Shown piece by piece: positions 10,127 to 20,809 of a stretch of DNA of 64,000 nt. The notes beneath the pieces are model-generated. The model saw only the letters and a list, made by a program, of their open reading frames with translations. It had not been told where the DNA came from and made no database searches. Source of the DNA: an uncultured Armatimonadetes bacterium (GTDB taxonomy: Bacteria > Armatimonadota > Hebobacteria > Hebobacterales > Hebobacteraceae); the NCBI GenBank assembly GCA_963716175.1, contig OY970296.1, forward strand, positions 2,816,001 to 2,880,000, given 5' to 3'. How positions within the stretch are numbered: position 1 is the stretch's first letter; each line of letters opens with the position of its first letter. The translations under genes and the position numbers were made by a program.

Positions 10127-11686
10127 TCAACCCCCGCGGTGGCCGAATGGGAGAAAGGAGTAGCTAAACCGGTGCCAGGTCCTTCCACCGTCCTGGGACC
10201 GGTATACCCCTCGCCGTGAGCCGGCGTAGATCCTGCGCGGGTCAGTGGGGTCAACGGCGATGCATGATACCGCGCTGCGCAAGGCCCTCCAGGTCACCCC
10301 GAGGTCCTCCGACGCGTAGAGCTGATTCTCGACGAGAAGGTAGATCGTGGGCGGAACGGTGGGCGCGCCGGCGACCCTTGGATCCCCTCCCTCTGGACGC
10401 TTGAGGCGGCGCCAGTGGCGGCCTTCGTCGGAGGAGACCAGCAGACCCCACCAGGTGGCGACCGCTACGATCTCGGGGCTTCCGGGGATGATCGCGATGT
10501 CATCTATCTGCTCACCCGAGTCGTACTCCACATCCACAAGTAGGGGGATAGTGACTTTCTCCCAGGTCTCTCCAAAATCGCGCGTGCGGCATAGCGCCCC
10601 GCGCCACGTTTCCTCGCCGGCCTCTGTCCCGCTGATACCATACTCAACGGCGAGCATGACAACCCCGGGCTGTTTCGAGCTGGCAGCCAGCAGGTAGGGG
10701 AAGGCGCGCACCCGCCCTCTGGCCTCAGTCCTCGGAAGCTTCAAGGGCCGCTTCTCCCAGTCTCCCACTTCACCGCTGCGGTCGACCCACAGCGTCTCAA
10801 AGGCGTGGTCGTGCTTCGCGTAAATGGCGCTCCTGGTTGAGAGAACGTAGTCTGGAGGGGGCAGGCCAGCCACCGGATGCCAGGTCCTACCGGCGTCGCG
10901 GGATTCCAGGAGGTTCGTGGTCAGGGCATTCGGCATTTGAAGGCCCGCCCACACCAGCATGGCATTGCGCACGTCTGCGACCACCATGGTGGCGGGCCTT
11001 CCCAGCGACCCACAGCGCAGATAGCGGAGGATCGTGGTTCCCGGGCCAGCGGCGAAGAGCCCGGCTCGCGTCGCCACGTAGACCCGCCCCGACGGCGAGA
11101 CGCTCAGTTGTTCGATGCTCTGCGCTCGTTCGGCGAAGTCAGTCACCGCGTATCTCCCCATGAACGCGATTCCAGCCGTCACGAGCGTTGCCAGAGTGAC
11201 GCGCATGACTATCCTCGTCCGGCGGTGGGAGACGATAGCGTGAACAATGACGGCCCACATCATCGGCACGGGGAAAGCCGCGGCTGCCACAGTCAGCGGC
11301 AGCGCGACCGACCACAAGAGGATCGACGAGTCTGGACGAGCTCGAACGAAGCATACGAGGAATACGAGCGCGCCGCAGAAAAGGGCTGCCGCCCTGGCAC
11401 CCAAACCGATAAGCAACCAGGAGCACACGGGCCTAGGCGGGCGCGCCTGACGCGCGAGGATGCCTCCTGCCACTGCCGCTACTAGAGGCGTGAGACAAGC
11501 AGGCACCAACAGCAGCAGTCGCAGGTGCCAAGGCCATGGTCCGATGATAGCCTCGTGGATACTGATGATCAGGAAGGCCGCGAGCACTAACTCGGGGAAA
11601 CAGGCGAAGATGGCCGAGAGCAGCGCTGCCTCGACCACGTCAAGTCGCGTGCGCCACACAGAGCGGGGAACTTGGTGCGCCGTCAT
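10127..11686 (-). CDS. Membrane-anchored BNR/Asp-box (sialidase/VPS10-like) beta-propeller protein
   Basis: About 5 N-terminal TM segments; Asp-boxes SRDAGRTW, TRDFGETW, SSDEGRHW, SEDLGVTW, SQDGGRTW. Confidence 0.75.
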   Translation of the reverse strand: MTAHQVPRSVWRTRLDVVEAALLSAIFACFPELVLAAFLIISIHEAIIGPWPWHLRLLLLVPACLTPLVAAVAGGILARQARPPRPVCSWLLIGLGARAAALFCGALVFLVCFVRARPDSSILLWSVALPLTVAAAAFPVPMMWAVIVHAIVSHRRTRIVMRVTLATLVTAGIAFMGRYAVTDFAERAQSIEQLSVSPSGRVYVATRAGLFAAGPGTTILRYLRCGSLGRPATMVVADVRNAMLVWAGLQMPNALTTNLLESRDAGRTWHPVAGLPPPDYVLSTRSAIYAKHDHAFETLWVDRSGEVGDWEKRPLKLPRTEARGRVRAFPYLLAASSKQPGVVMLAVEYGISGTEAGEETWRGALCRTRDFGETWEKVTIPLLVDVEYDSGEQIDDIAIIPGSPEIVAVATWWGLLVSSDEGRHWRRLKRPEGGDPRVAGAPTVPPTIYLLVENQLYASEDLGVTWRALRSAVSCIAVDPTDPRRIYAGSRRGVYRSQDGGRTWHRFSYSFLPFGHRGG

Positions 11687-11711
11687 CCCGCTTGCTGTTT
11701 CGGCACTTCAG

Positions 11712-12080
11712 TGTAGAGTGTCAGCGAAAGTGGGACAGAAGGGGGTCTTGGGTTAGCTACACCTCCGGCATTCCCGCTCTTGTATCTGTGCATCCTCCCC
11801 TCAGCCTTCGGTAACGTTCCCGGCGCGCGATCACGGTGCGGATCTGCAACGCCTTTCGCCGAGCCAGGATCTCCTCCCTCCTCGCAAACCACACACCGTC
11901 CGGGGTGACGTTGTGCAGCACCTCGTGGTAGCGCGCCGAGTTGTAGTGGGCCACAGACTGGGCAATCGCCGCCCACCGTTCTCCCGGGCTCATCCGGACC
12001 ACCAGCTCTACGTCGTCCTTCATGGTGCGCTGCACCCGCCCAGTTTTGCCGGTGGTCTGGGGATGATGGGAGCGGGACCG
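11712..12080 (-). pseudogene. IS481/IS3-family transposase 3' fragment with terminal repeat
   Basis: HPQTTGK..YNSARYHEVLHNVTP..RREEILARR; terminus TGTAGAGTGTCAGCGAAAGTGGGACA, nearly identical to 56732. Confidence 0.75.
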
Positions 12081-12457
12081 TAGGGGCCGCAGCCTGTCCG
12101 TGTCAACCGCCCGCGAAGCCGGCATCAGTGGGGTGCTATCGCTCCTTCCCGGCCTACTCCCTAAGCCAGACGCCCTATGCGGATCCTCCAATCGGCGCGG
12201 GTCGCCCACAGGCAGATGGCCACGCTTACCACCTAATGTCGCCTAAGTCGGAGTTTGCAGCGGGAAAGTAGGCACAGCGTTCGCGCTGTGCGAGTGTGCC
12301 GCACATCAGACCCCGAGGCCGGCAGGCTCCAGGCTCATCTTCTTGAGTTCGGAAGCGCCGCCAGACCCCTTCGCCACTGCAATCCAGGTCCCTGAGAACG
12401 CTGCCTCGGGATTCCCGAGATACCGCAGGATCAAAAGGGTGCCACTGGACGGGACGG

Positions 12458-13846
12458 CTAGGGCTTGGGTTTGTCGTTTGAGGATAGGATGCGCTTCATG
12501 GGATTGTCCTCGACTACGACGTAGCTGGCGACAGCTTGCTGCCCGCCAGGCAGGTCGTGACCGATATGTACTGCGTACCTGCACGCGGGTGGCCACCGCG
12601 TGCCCTGTGGGAATGGGCACAGATAAAGGCCGGCGGGTGCGATGAACATGCCATAAGTGGGGGATCCCCGCCAGAACTGGCTGTCAGCAGTCGGAAAGCC
12701 TGGAGCAGACCTGAGCCGTCGGAGTTGCCGAACATCATCTTCGAGCTCCATCCCAACGCTGTAAGAGTCCGTGACCAAGCTCCCCGGTGCCCGGCACTCA
12801 TCGGCAACCTTCGCCAGGAGTGTCTCAAAGCGAGCGGGCTCACGGCCGTGGACCCAGAGCTCCCGCGCACTTCCCTCCATACGAGGTGCCTGCACTTCGC
12901 CCAAGCGAGAGGCTAGCTGCTGAGCCGCCTCACACCGCGTAACAGCAAGCGCTGATGCAAATGCGCGCGCCATATACCGCTCACCGGGCGGGAAGTCGGA
13001 ACACCGCGCGATGTTGCGCATGAGGGTTTCGCCGGCCTCATAGGAATCAACGTCATCAACGTTGGGGCCGCTGTTGGCGAGTCCGCGCATTGCTGAGGTG
13101 AACCGTCCTATGTCTCCGTATGGTCCAGAGAACGCGGCATATTGCACGATCGCTTCCGCAATCGCTAGCAGGACTAGAGCGGCCACGAAGCGCTGGAACG
13201 CTGGAACCAGCCGGATGGCGCGAGATCGCATTGCGGACGTCACGCGCGCCAGGAACAGCAGCCACGCGAGCGATAGTATCGCCACGAGCCCCAGTCTGAG
13301 CGGTCTCTCAGATGCCCAATACCATAGGAGTACTGACCACGATGGTCGCGATACGAGGGCTCCAGTAGGGTGAGCGTGCGGCCAGATGGAAGTTGGGCTG
13401 ACTATGGGCGAAAGGACCGCACTGATCGGTACGTAGTAAGCGCTCCCATATAGAAGCGCGATCAGCATTAGCTCATATTGCCGCCGCCGAGCGAGGCCAA
13501 AGACCATCCCGGCAAAGCCAAGCAGCACAGCATTCCCGAGCAGCGCACCTAGAAGACTAGTCGGCAGTTCCGTCGACAAGAGAGCGTGACCATTCCCGCC
13601 CGTCAGACGTGCGACACACACAGCGAGCACCGCATTCATGGCGAAGAAGAACACGGGCCCGGTGTATGTGTGCCCGGTCTCCCCCTTCAACTGCCTTGGG
13701 AGTTTGGCCGCGAATACTCGCGGCATGAACACGACATGAGCAAGGGTCCGAGGGTAGAAACCCAGCTCAAGCCACGTGCTCTGCACGACCTGTGTGAGGG
13801 CGGGTAAGCGCGACCAATCGATCATGGCCAGCTCCCTCTTGGCCAT
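12458..13846 (-). CDS. Hypothetical multi-pass membrane protein
   Basis: 462-aa ORF with several hydrophobic segments; hairpin GCACAGCG-TT-CGCGCTGTGC downstream at about 12272-12290. Confidence 0.55.
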   Translation of the reverse strand: MAKRELAMIDWSRLPALTQVVQSTWLELGFYPRTLAHVVFMPRVFAAKLPRQLKGETGHTYTGPVFFFAMNAVLAVCVARLTGGNGHALLSTELPTSLLGALLGNAVLLGFAGMVFGLARRRQYELMLIALLYGSAYYVPISAVLSPIVSPTSIWPHAHPTGALVSRPSWSVLLWYWASERPLRLGLVAILSLAWLLFLARVTSAMRSRAIRLVPAFQRFVAALVLLAIAEAIVQYAAFSGPYGDIGRFTSAMRGLANSGPNVDDVDSYEAGETLMRNIARCSDFPPGERYMARAFASALAVTRCEAAQQLASRLGEVQAPRMEGSARELWVHGREPARFETLLAKVADECRAPGSLVTDSYSVGMELEDDVRQLRRLRSAPGFPTADSQFWRGSPTYGMFIAPAGLYLCPFPQGTRWPPACRYAVHIGHDLPGGQQAVASYVVVEDNPMKRILSSNDKPKP

Positions 13847-14375
13847 TGCAGCGACAGATTGCTGCCGCTGCCTCCCGGTCCCCCATCATCCACGCTGCTG
13901 TCTCCCCCACCTGTCCTGCCTAGGCAGAATGTCGGTTGCCCGATCATGTCATCGGCTCACTATTGCCCAGACTGGCCCATTGTAACCCGGTGCGGGTCTG
14001 GCGGCAAGGTGCTGAAGGAATCAGAGTGATGGAGCGGCGGGGTTTTGGCATGCTCGAATGCTTGCTGAGGAAGCCGCAAGCCCAGACCGCAGGTTCCGCG
14101 TCTTCCGCTAGGCATTCCGACTCAGCGCGGAAGATTCGACGAGGCTCAGGCTGAACATCGCAAACGTCAGTCAGATGCATCTACTCATAGGAAACTGGTC
14201 TTTCGGTGCTGGGCCGGCCATACGCATTCTCCGCGTTCGCGAATCCTGAGTACGCGCTAGTGTTACTTGTGATGCCGAGATACCTCCTGTGCCTTAGCAC
14301 ACATGTCTCTCATCGCGCGCGGTGGCTACATAAGCGCCGTTCTGGGCCCACAGCGCTGACTCCCAAGCCTTCCGA

Positions 14376-15689
14376 TCAGGCCCGCTCGAATCGCGGCAGA
14401 TGCTGCGCCTGCGCCGCGAGTAACTCGCCCGCCAGCTGCGTCGCCATCTCGACGCTCTTGACCCAGCCGTCAAGGATAAGCGCCTGGATGAACTTCTGGC
14501 GGCTGCACTCTAACGCGGCCTCGATGACCGTCTCAACCCAGGCCAGCCGGGTGGCGAGAGTGCCCATCACACCCGAGGGGAGAGGCCGCTGTGCGATCGG
14601 CTTCAGGCCGCTGCCCGTGGCCATTGCAGGCGCCTCTATGACGGCCTCGGGTGGGAGGTTCGGGGCCTGACCGCCATTGGGCATGTTGGTGGAGAAGATC
14701 TTCCCGCCATCGGTGCGAACGCTCTCCACGATATCGGTCACTTGCTGTAGCTCTCCCTCGCCGCCGGCGTGCTCGAAGTAATCTTCCTCCAGCGGTTCCT
14801 TGGAGAAGGCCCGCTCCCGCATCTGGGCGTAGATCCTGTCTCCGGATGCAATGATGTCCTCAAAGGGATGCCACTCCACGCCGACCTTCTTCCCGCCCAC
14901 TGTCCCGTCGGGGAACAGACTCGGGAAGAATTCCATCACGTGTCCGTCGCCCACCGCGGGAAACGCGCCGAAGACTCTGAGCAACTGCCAGCACAGTGTC
15001 CCAGGCTGGTAGCCCTTCGCTAGCGCCTTGTCAGCGATCTCGCGCAGCCGCGGCATCGCGTCTTGGCCGCGCACCCGCGCCTCGAGGAACCAGGTCAGAT
15101 GGTTGAGCCCAACGGCCGTGTACTGGAAGTCACCCCAATCAGCCCCGACCTGCCTGCATAGGTCTTCCCCGACCGACCATACGCCGCTGCACAGCCCGAT
15201 CATCTGCGCCCCGGTTGCTTTCCGAACAGCACGACAAACCGCGGTCATCGGGTTGGCGTAGTTGAAGAACAATGCCCGGGGCGCCAGGTCGAGGACATCC
15301 TCGGCAATCGCCACCATGGGTGGGATCATCCGGAGACAGCGCGAGGTGCCGCCTGGCATAACTGAGTCGCCCACTGGCTGGTAGATCCCATACTTGCGGG
15401 GGATGAACACATCCTGCTCCCACGCCCGTCGGCCGCCCACCGCAATCGTGGTGACCACCACGGTCGCGCCTGGCAAGATGTCCCGTCGATCTGTCGCCGC
15501 CGAGAGCCTGATGGGAGCTCTCTTGGCCTCGATCACCTTCTTGGAAAGCCCCTCGGCTATGGCCAGGGCGTCTGGGTCTATGTCCACGAGTCCCAGCTCG
15601 CACTCCCAGCCTCGCTTCACCACGTCCGTCACCAGAGCGCCCGTGAACATCGCGCTGCCCGCGCCGACCAGAACAACCTTCTCTCTCAT
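14376..15689 (-). CDS. Family 4 glycoside hydrolase (NAD+/Mn2+-dependent, alpha-galactosidase-like)
   Basis: KVVLVGAGS Rossmann motif, IPRKYGI..GD..PGG, NYANPM, GLC, GLNHLTWF. Confidence 0.9.
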   Translation of the reverse strand: MREKVVLVGAGSAMFTGALVTDVVKRGWECELGLVDIDPDALAIAEGLSKKVIEAKRAPIRLSAATDRRDILPGATVVVTTIAVGGRRAWEQDVFIPRKYGIYQPVGDSVMPGGTSRCLRMIPPMVAIAEDVLDLAPRALFFNYANPMTAVCRAVRKATGAQMIGLCSGVWSVGEDLCRQVGADWGDFQYTAVGLNHLTWFLEARVRGQDAMPRLREIADKALAKGYQPGTLCWQLLRVFGAFPAVGDGHVMEFFPSLFPDGTVGGKKVGVEWHPFEDIIASGDRIYAQMRERAFSKEPLEEDYFEHAGGEGELQQVTDIVESVRTDGGKIFSTNMPNGGQAPNLPPEAVIEAPAMATGSGLKPIAQRPLPSGVMGTLATRLAWVETVIEAALECSRQKFIQALILDGWVKSVEMATQLAGELLAAQAQHLPRFERA

Positions 15690-16070
15690 CGCTTGGCTCC
15701 TGCCTCACGTTTGTCGCCCGAGAAACGCCAGTATGGGGTCACCAGGGACCGGCGAGCTGGCTCTGCGCCATGCCGCACTCCCGCCACCGAAGCAAGCAGC
15801 AGGTGCAGAGATGACCCGGGGCGAACGCGCCAGGTGAATTAGGCGTTCCAGACCGTCGGACCTGCAAAGGGCCGAGGTGGCTAAGCGCGAACGGCGTGGG
15901 CTTGCCAGGAGAGACAGGCAAGCGGATAACGGAGTGTGGGGCCCGGCAGACCCCAGGTGAAGGGAGGTGAAGGAAAGACAGCTGATTCTGTCGTCGACTG
16001 TGATCGGCTCATACTTCGGATGCTTGCGGTGCATCGTTTCGTGAGCTATCCCAAGGAGGTGAGGAGTTCC

Positions 16071-17165
16071 ATGTTGGCACACAGACGACGTGGGTTCACT
16101 CTGATTGAGCTGCTGGTCGTCATCGCGATTATCGCGATCCTCGCTGCAATGCTATTCCCGGTCTTCGCACGGGCGCGTGAATCGGCCCGCAAGATCCAGT
16201 GCCTCTCCAACGTGAAGAACATCGCGATGGCGATCCAGATGTACCTGAACGACTACGATGATAGGCTGTGGCCGGGAGAGACGCGCCAGGAGGTTCTTCA
16301 GTACTTCGCCGAAGGTCCTGGTGGCGGCGACCCGAGCCAGATCTGGTGCCCGGCCTCTGACGGGCAGCGCGCCTACTGGGCCAACCCATACCTAAGGACC
16401 CCTGTACTCCTTGACGAGTACATAAAGAACCGCGATGTCTGGAACTGCCCCAGTTCCCGTATGCGTGCAGGGGCCACCTTTATCGTACCCTACGCAGACT
16501 GGTTTGGGTACCTGAAGGCGACCGAGGGGCAGTGGGGTGAGTCGCAGGGCTTTGGGCCATGTGATCAGTCATGGCCGCAGGGATGGGGCGGCGCGGTCAC
16601 GGACTCCATCGCGCAGCAGCGTCTGGCGGGAGCGATCGACGCGTGGACTCAGAACAACTCCGAACAGAATGCCTTCGTGCAAAGCATCGGCACGCTCCCG
16701 TGGAAGGACACGGGTGCTGGGTTCAGCGGCCTGCGCAGCATGTCTCAGGTTGGGGATGCCGCCTCATTCGTCGTATGCGGAGATGCCGGACCGTGGACCG
16801 ACTACTATGACGGCCTCGGTCCCGCGGCCTATCCAGACATCTGCGCCGCTGAGTGTGGGAACGAGATCTGCGCCTCGGCGGACTGGGCGAACTGCTCCGA
16901 CGCGGCGAGTTGCGGGCTGGTGGCCCCCAAAGACTTCCTGTCCAAGCCTGACTTGATGAGGAAGTACACCCGGCATATGGGTGGCAGTAACCTCGGCTTC
17001 CTCGATGGGCACGCACAGTGGGCCGCCGCCGGACAGATCGTCTCAATGGTGGCGAACCGGAAGATCCAAGGCATCTATCCTTGGGGCCCGAATACCCAGG
17101 GGTATGGCGCAATCTGGGCTACCGGCTTCCATCAGTGCTACCCGAATGTGCCGACGCTGTTCTAG
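16071..17165 (+). CDS. Prepilin-type N-terminal cleavage/methylation protein with DUF1559-like/H-X9-DG C-terminus
   Basis: [36 protein letters not shown]; [14 protein letters not shown]; RBS upstream of ATG 16071; stem-loop at about 17207-17237. Confidence 0.9.
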   Translation: MLAHRRRGFTLIELLVVIAIIAILAAMLFPVFARARESARKIQCLSNVKNIAMAIQMYLNDYDDRLWPGETRQEVLQYFAEGPGGGDPSQIWCPASDGQRAYWANPYLRTPVLLDEYIKNRDVWNCPSSRMRAGATFIVPYADWFGYLKATEGQWGESQGFGPCDQSWPQGWGGAVTDSIAQQRLAGAIDAWTQNNSEQNAFVQSIGTLPWKDTGAGFSGLRSMSQVGDAASFVVCGDAGPWTDYYDGLGPAAYPDICAAECGNEICASADWANCSDAASCGLVAPKDFLSKPDLMRKYTRHMGGSNLGFLDGHAQWAAAGQIVSMVANRKIQGIYPWGPNTQGYGAIWATGFHQCYPNVPTLF

Positions 17166-17305
17166 GCTGGCTTGAGTTCGCTTGCGGCGAATGGACGGAT
17201 GTGAACGGGCGGAGCGGCCTGCTCGGCGCTCCGCCTGAGCTTCGCGAGCGCTTCCTCTGCAGGCAGATAGCGTAGCGTCCGCGCTCTAGCCAGAGGAGCT
17301 TGCCT

Positions 17306-19327
17306 ATGGTCCCGATCGAGAGGGGCAGGAATGGCTCGGCAGAGCCCACCCGTTCCCTGGCGACGGTCAGTAGCAATTCGGAAGGCCGACGCAGCGCGGA
17401 GGCGCGGCTACCGAGACAGGGACAAGTAGTCACCTGGCGGTCCGTTCTCCTTGCCCTCGTGATCATGCCGGCGCAGGCCTGGTGGATCGTCCAGATGGAG
17501 GTGATCCGCAGCAACACCTGGCCCTCAATGCTCTCCCTGCCACTCGAGACGCTTTTCATCGTGCTCCTGCTCGTAGCTGCGAACGCCCTCTTGAGGCGCC
17601 GGAGGCCCGCATGGGTCCTATCCCAGGGGGAGCTCCTGACAATCTACCTGATGCTGGCCATCAGCGGGGTGATCGTTGGCTTCGGGCTCCTCCAGCAAAT
17701 CATCTCGTGGGTCATCGCTCCGGTCGGCCGCGCCAGGCCGGAGAACCAGTGGGACAAGCTTTTCTGGAGCTACCTGCCCGACTGGCTGGTGCTCAAGGAC
17801 AAAGAAGAACTCACATCGCTCTTCGACGGCGGGAGCTCCTTTCTGACTGCCGATCATCTGCGGGAGTGGGCTCCGGTTGCGCTGTCATGGAGTGCCTTCT
17901 TCGTCGCCTTCTTCACGGTCATCATGTCTCTCAACGTGCTGCTGCGCCGACGGTGGATCGAGGAAGAGCGCCTCGCCTTTCCTTTGGTCCAGGTCCCATT
18001 GGCTATCACTGAGCCCGCTGGGAGGCTGTTCCGCAGTCGGCTGATGTGGCTTGGCTTCGGACTGGCGGTGTCTCTGGGTTTCCTCAACGGACTCCATACC
18101 CTCTTACCGAACATGCCGGGCTTCCAACCCGATCTGAGCGCCGCCAACGAAGTCCTGGGCCGACGCTGGAGCTGCTTCCAGCAGCACGGGGGTACGTTCT
18201 GGCCTCCCTATCTGTGGGCCATCGGGGTGTCCATCTTGATGCCCCTCGACGTCTCCTTCTCCTACTGGTTCTTCTTCTGGCTCGTCAAAGTGGAGCAGTT
18301 GCTGACCCTGGTATGGGGATGGGACGTGGCCCCCGATGCGCCCTTCGTCTACCAGCAGGCTGCCAGCGCTCTGGTCGCGATCGGCATCTACGCCCTATGG
18401 TCAGCGCGCCGGCACCTGCTGCAGGTTGTTAGCCGAGCTGTGCGGCCTGGTGCGGAGATGGGTGACTCCGGTGAACCGCTGCAATACCGGTGGGCACTCG
18501 GCCTCCTGGTAGTCTCGGTGGGTTTTCTGAGCGTCTTCGTATCCCGGGCCGGGGCCCCGGCATGGCTCGTGCCAGCATACTTGGGTCTCTACCTCAGTGC
18601 CAGCCTCGCGCTATCCCGGATCCGGGCGGAACTGGGAGCGCCGGCCAACGAGATCCACGACGCCGGGCCGCACCAGGTGCTGACCCAAATCGTGACCCCA
18701 GCGTCCTTCCCCATCCCGGCGCTCACCGTTCTCACGTTGCTGGGGTGGACGTCACGAAGCTACGGCATAGACCCGACGCCCTTCCAGATGGAGGGGTTCA
18801 AGATGGCCGAGCGGACAGGTCTTCGTACTCGAGGCCTCGTGGGCGCTACCTTCGTCGCGGTCGTGGCGGGCCTGGTGTTTGGTTACACCGCTCTCCTCGT
18901 CCCCCTCTACCATCTGGGCGCAGACAGCAGCAAGCTGCAGTTCAACAACAGCGGAGTCTACGCCTTCGCGGAACTCCAGACCTGGCTGACCGGCGTCGCG
19001 CGGGCGCCCGGTTATCGCAGCCTCGCGATGGGGTGGGGCCTGCTTTTCACCTTCTTCCTCTACGCGATGCGCAGCCGGTTCCTGTGGTGGCCGTTCCACC
19101 CGGTCGGATACGTCCTGGCACCGATGTGGTTTACTCATCACCTGTGGCTGTCCGTGTTCATTGCTTGGCTGACCAAGCTGCTGCTGCTCAGGTACGGCGG
19201 CATGCGCAGGTACGTCGCGGCCTTGCCTTTCTTCCTGGGCCTCGTACTCGGCGACTGCGTGATAGGAAGCATATGGGCCCTGGCGAATCTCGCCTTCCAT
19301 ATCCCTACCTTCAGTGTCTGGATGTAG
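17306..19327 (+). CDS. DUF6785/DUF6784-like polytopic membrane protein (OPT-like putative transporter)
   Basis: Many TM helices; 'LSQGELLTIY', 'RRRWIEEERLAFPL', 'WWPFHPVGY..KLLLLRYGG..PFFLGLVLGD'. Confidence 0.7.
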   Translation: MVPIERGRNGSAEPTRSLATVSSNSEGRRSAEARLPRQGQVVTWRSVLLALVIMPAQAWWIVQMEVIRSNTWPSMLSLPLETLFIVLLLVAANALLRRRRPAWVLSQGELLTIYLMLAISGVIVGFGLLQQIISWVIAPVGRARPENQWDKLFWSYLPDWLVLKDKEELTSLFDGGSSFLTADHLREWAPVALSWSAFFVAFFTVIMSLNVLLRRRWIEEERLAFPLVQVPLAITEPAGRLFRSRLMWLGFGLAVSLGFLNGLHTLLPNMPGFQPDLSAANEVLGRRWSCFQQHGGTFWPPYLWAIGVSILMPLDVSFSYWFFFWLVKVEQLLTLVWGWDVAPDAPFVYQQAASALVAIGIYALWSARRHLLQVVSRAVRPGAEMGDSGEPLQYRWALGLLVVSVGFLSVFVSRAGAPAWLVPAYLGLYLSASLALSRIRAELGAPANEIHDAGPHQVLTQIVTPASFPIPALTVLTLLGWTSRSYGIDPTPFQMEGFKMAERTGLRTRGLVGATFVAVVAGLVFGYTALLVPLYHLGADSSKLQFNNSGVYAFAELQTWLTGVARAPGYRSLAMGWGLLFTFFLYAMRSRFLWWPFHPVGYVLAPMWFTHHLWLSVFIAWLTKLLLLRYGGMRRYVAALPFFLGLVLGDCVIGSIWALANLAFHIPTFSVWM

Positions 19328-19413
19328 CGGGTCCACGTCGGACCACGTGGCCGACAACTTGACTCGGTAAGCGGACCTGCACCATGCGGGATATCAGAGA
19401 AAGGGAATGTGAT

Positions 19414-20775
19414 ATGAGGCAGAAGGTCCTCATCATCGGAGCTGGCAGCGCATATTTCACTCGGAAGCTGCTCGTGGACCTCATCCAACGGAACGAGGCG
19501 CTGACCCTGGGGCTTGTTGACGTGGACGCAACCGCGGTGGAGATGGCCGACAGGCTGTCCCGCAAGATGATCGCCCTCAAGGGCGCGCCCATCGAGGTGC
19601 AGTCATCCACAGATCGGCGCGATCTGCTTCCTGGAGCCACCGCCGTGATCAGTACGATAGCTGTCGGCGGCCGTAGAGCCTGGGAGACCGATGTGCAGAT
19701 CCCCCGCAAGTACGGCATCTACCACCCGGGCGGGGATACGTGTATGCCGGCCGGCACTGTGCGGGCGCTGCGCGTTATCCCTCCGGCGATAGATATCGCG
19801 AAGGATGTCCTGGATCTGGCACCACAAGCGCTCTACTTCAACTATACCAACCCGATGGCTGTCGTCTGCAGGGCGATCCGCAAGCATACCGAGGCCGATG
19901 TGATTGGGCTCTGCACTGGCGTCAGGGACGTTGCCGAGTGGCTCGCTGGCATCCTCGAGGTGCACAGGTCGCGCATGCGTTACAACGCGGTCGGCATCAA
20001 CCACCTCACCTGGTTCACCGAGATACGCGTGGATGGCGAGGATGCGAAGCCCCAGTTGCGCCAGATCGCCGTCGACCGCGTCGCTCGCGCCCGGAAGCTC
20101 GCCAAGTCGGTTGACGACACCCCGGACAAGGCCGAGATCCGGGGGCAGATCTGGGGACTTCACCCCTTCTCGTGGGGGATGTTTCTGCTGATGGATGCAT
20201 TCCCGGCGGTGCTGGATGGCCACGTCGTTGAGTTCTTCCCCCACCTATTCAGAGGCAAGAGAAGCTACTACGGAATGACGCTCGGACTCGGCTTTGAGGA
20301 GCATCGGGCCTCGGAGGACCAGACCTATGCTCACATGCAGGAGGCTGCCTTTTCCAACGATCCGCTGCCGCAGGACTACTGCGAACAAACTGCGGGAGGC
20401 CATCGCGAGGATGTCATCGACGTCATGTACAGCATCAGGAATGATGACGGCGCGACTTACGCGGTGAATCTGCCGAACAGGGGTCGCATCCCTGAGCTAC
20501 CCGATGCCTGTATCCTCGAAGCGCTGGCGGCGGCGACCGCGGATGGGCTACGCCCCCTTGCCCAGCCTCCGCTCTCCCCAGGCGTGCTCGGCACATTGGC
20601 GACGCGCTTTCAGTGGGCGGAGGCAACGGTGGAAGCGGCCGTTGAGGGCAATCGCGACAAGGTCGTCCAGGCTCTGATCCTCGACGGTGCAGTTGACTCC
20701 TATGAGGGCGCCGAGGCGCTGACGGACGAGCTGCTCGCCGCCCACGCGCAGCACCTTCCACGCTTCTCCAGGTGA
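19414..20775 (+). CDS. Family 4 glycoside hydrolase (second paralogue)
   Basis: KVLIIGAGS, IPRKYGI, NYTNPM, GLC, GINHLTWF. Confidence 0.9.
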   Translation: MRQKVLIIGAGSAYFTRKLLVDLIQRNEALTLGLVDVDATAVEMADRLSRKMIALKGAPIEVQSSTDRRDLLPGATAVISTIAVGGRRAWETDVQIPRKYGIYHPGGDTCMPAGTVRALRVIPPAIDIAKDVLDLAPQALYFNYTNPMAVVCRAIRKHTEADVIGLCTGVRDVAEWLAGILEVHRSRMRYNAVGINHLTWFTEIRVDGEDAKPQLRQIAVDRVARARKLAKSVDDTPDKAEIRGQIWGLHPFSWGMFLLMDAFPAVLDGHVVEFFPHLFRGKRSYYGMTLGLGFEEHRASEDQTYAHMQEAAFSNDPLPQDYCEQTAGGHREDVIDVMYSIRNDDGATYAVNLPNRGRIPELPDACILEALAAATADGLRPLAQPPLSPGVLGTLATRFQWAEATVEAAVEGNRDKVVQALILDGAVDSYEGAEALTDELLAAHAQHLPRFSR

Positions 20776-20809
20776 GGCGTCGGCGGACCAAAGAGAGAGG
20801 AGGCCGATT

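Noticed and set aside
12222-12255. dif-like site (CACCTAATGT, also near 36195)
   Set aside because: Arms match the dif consensus too poorly.
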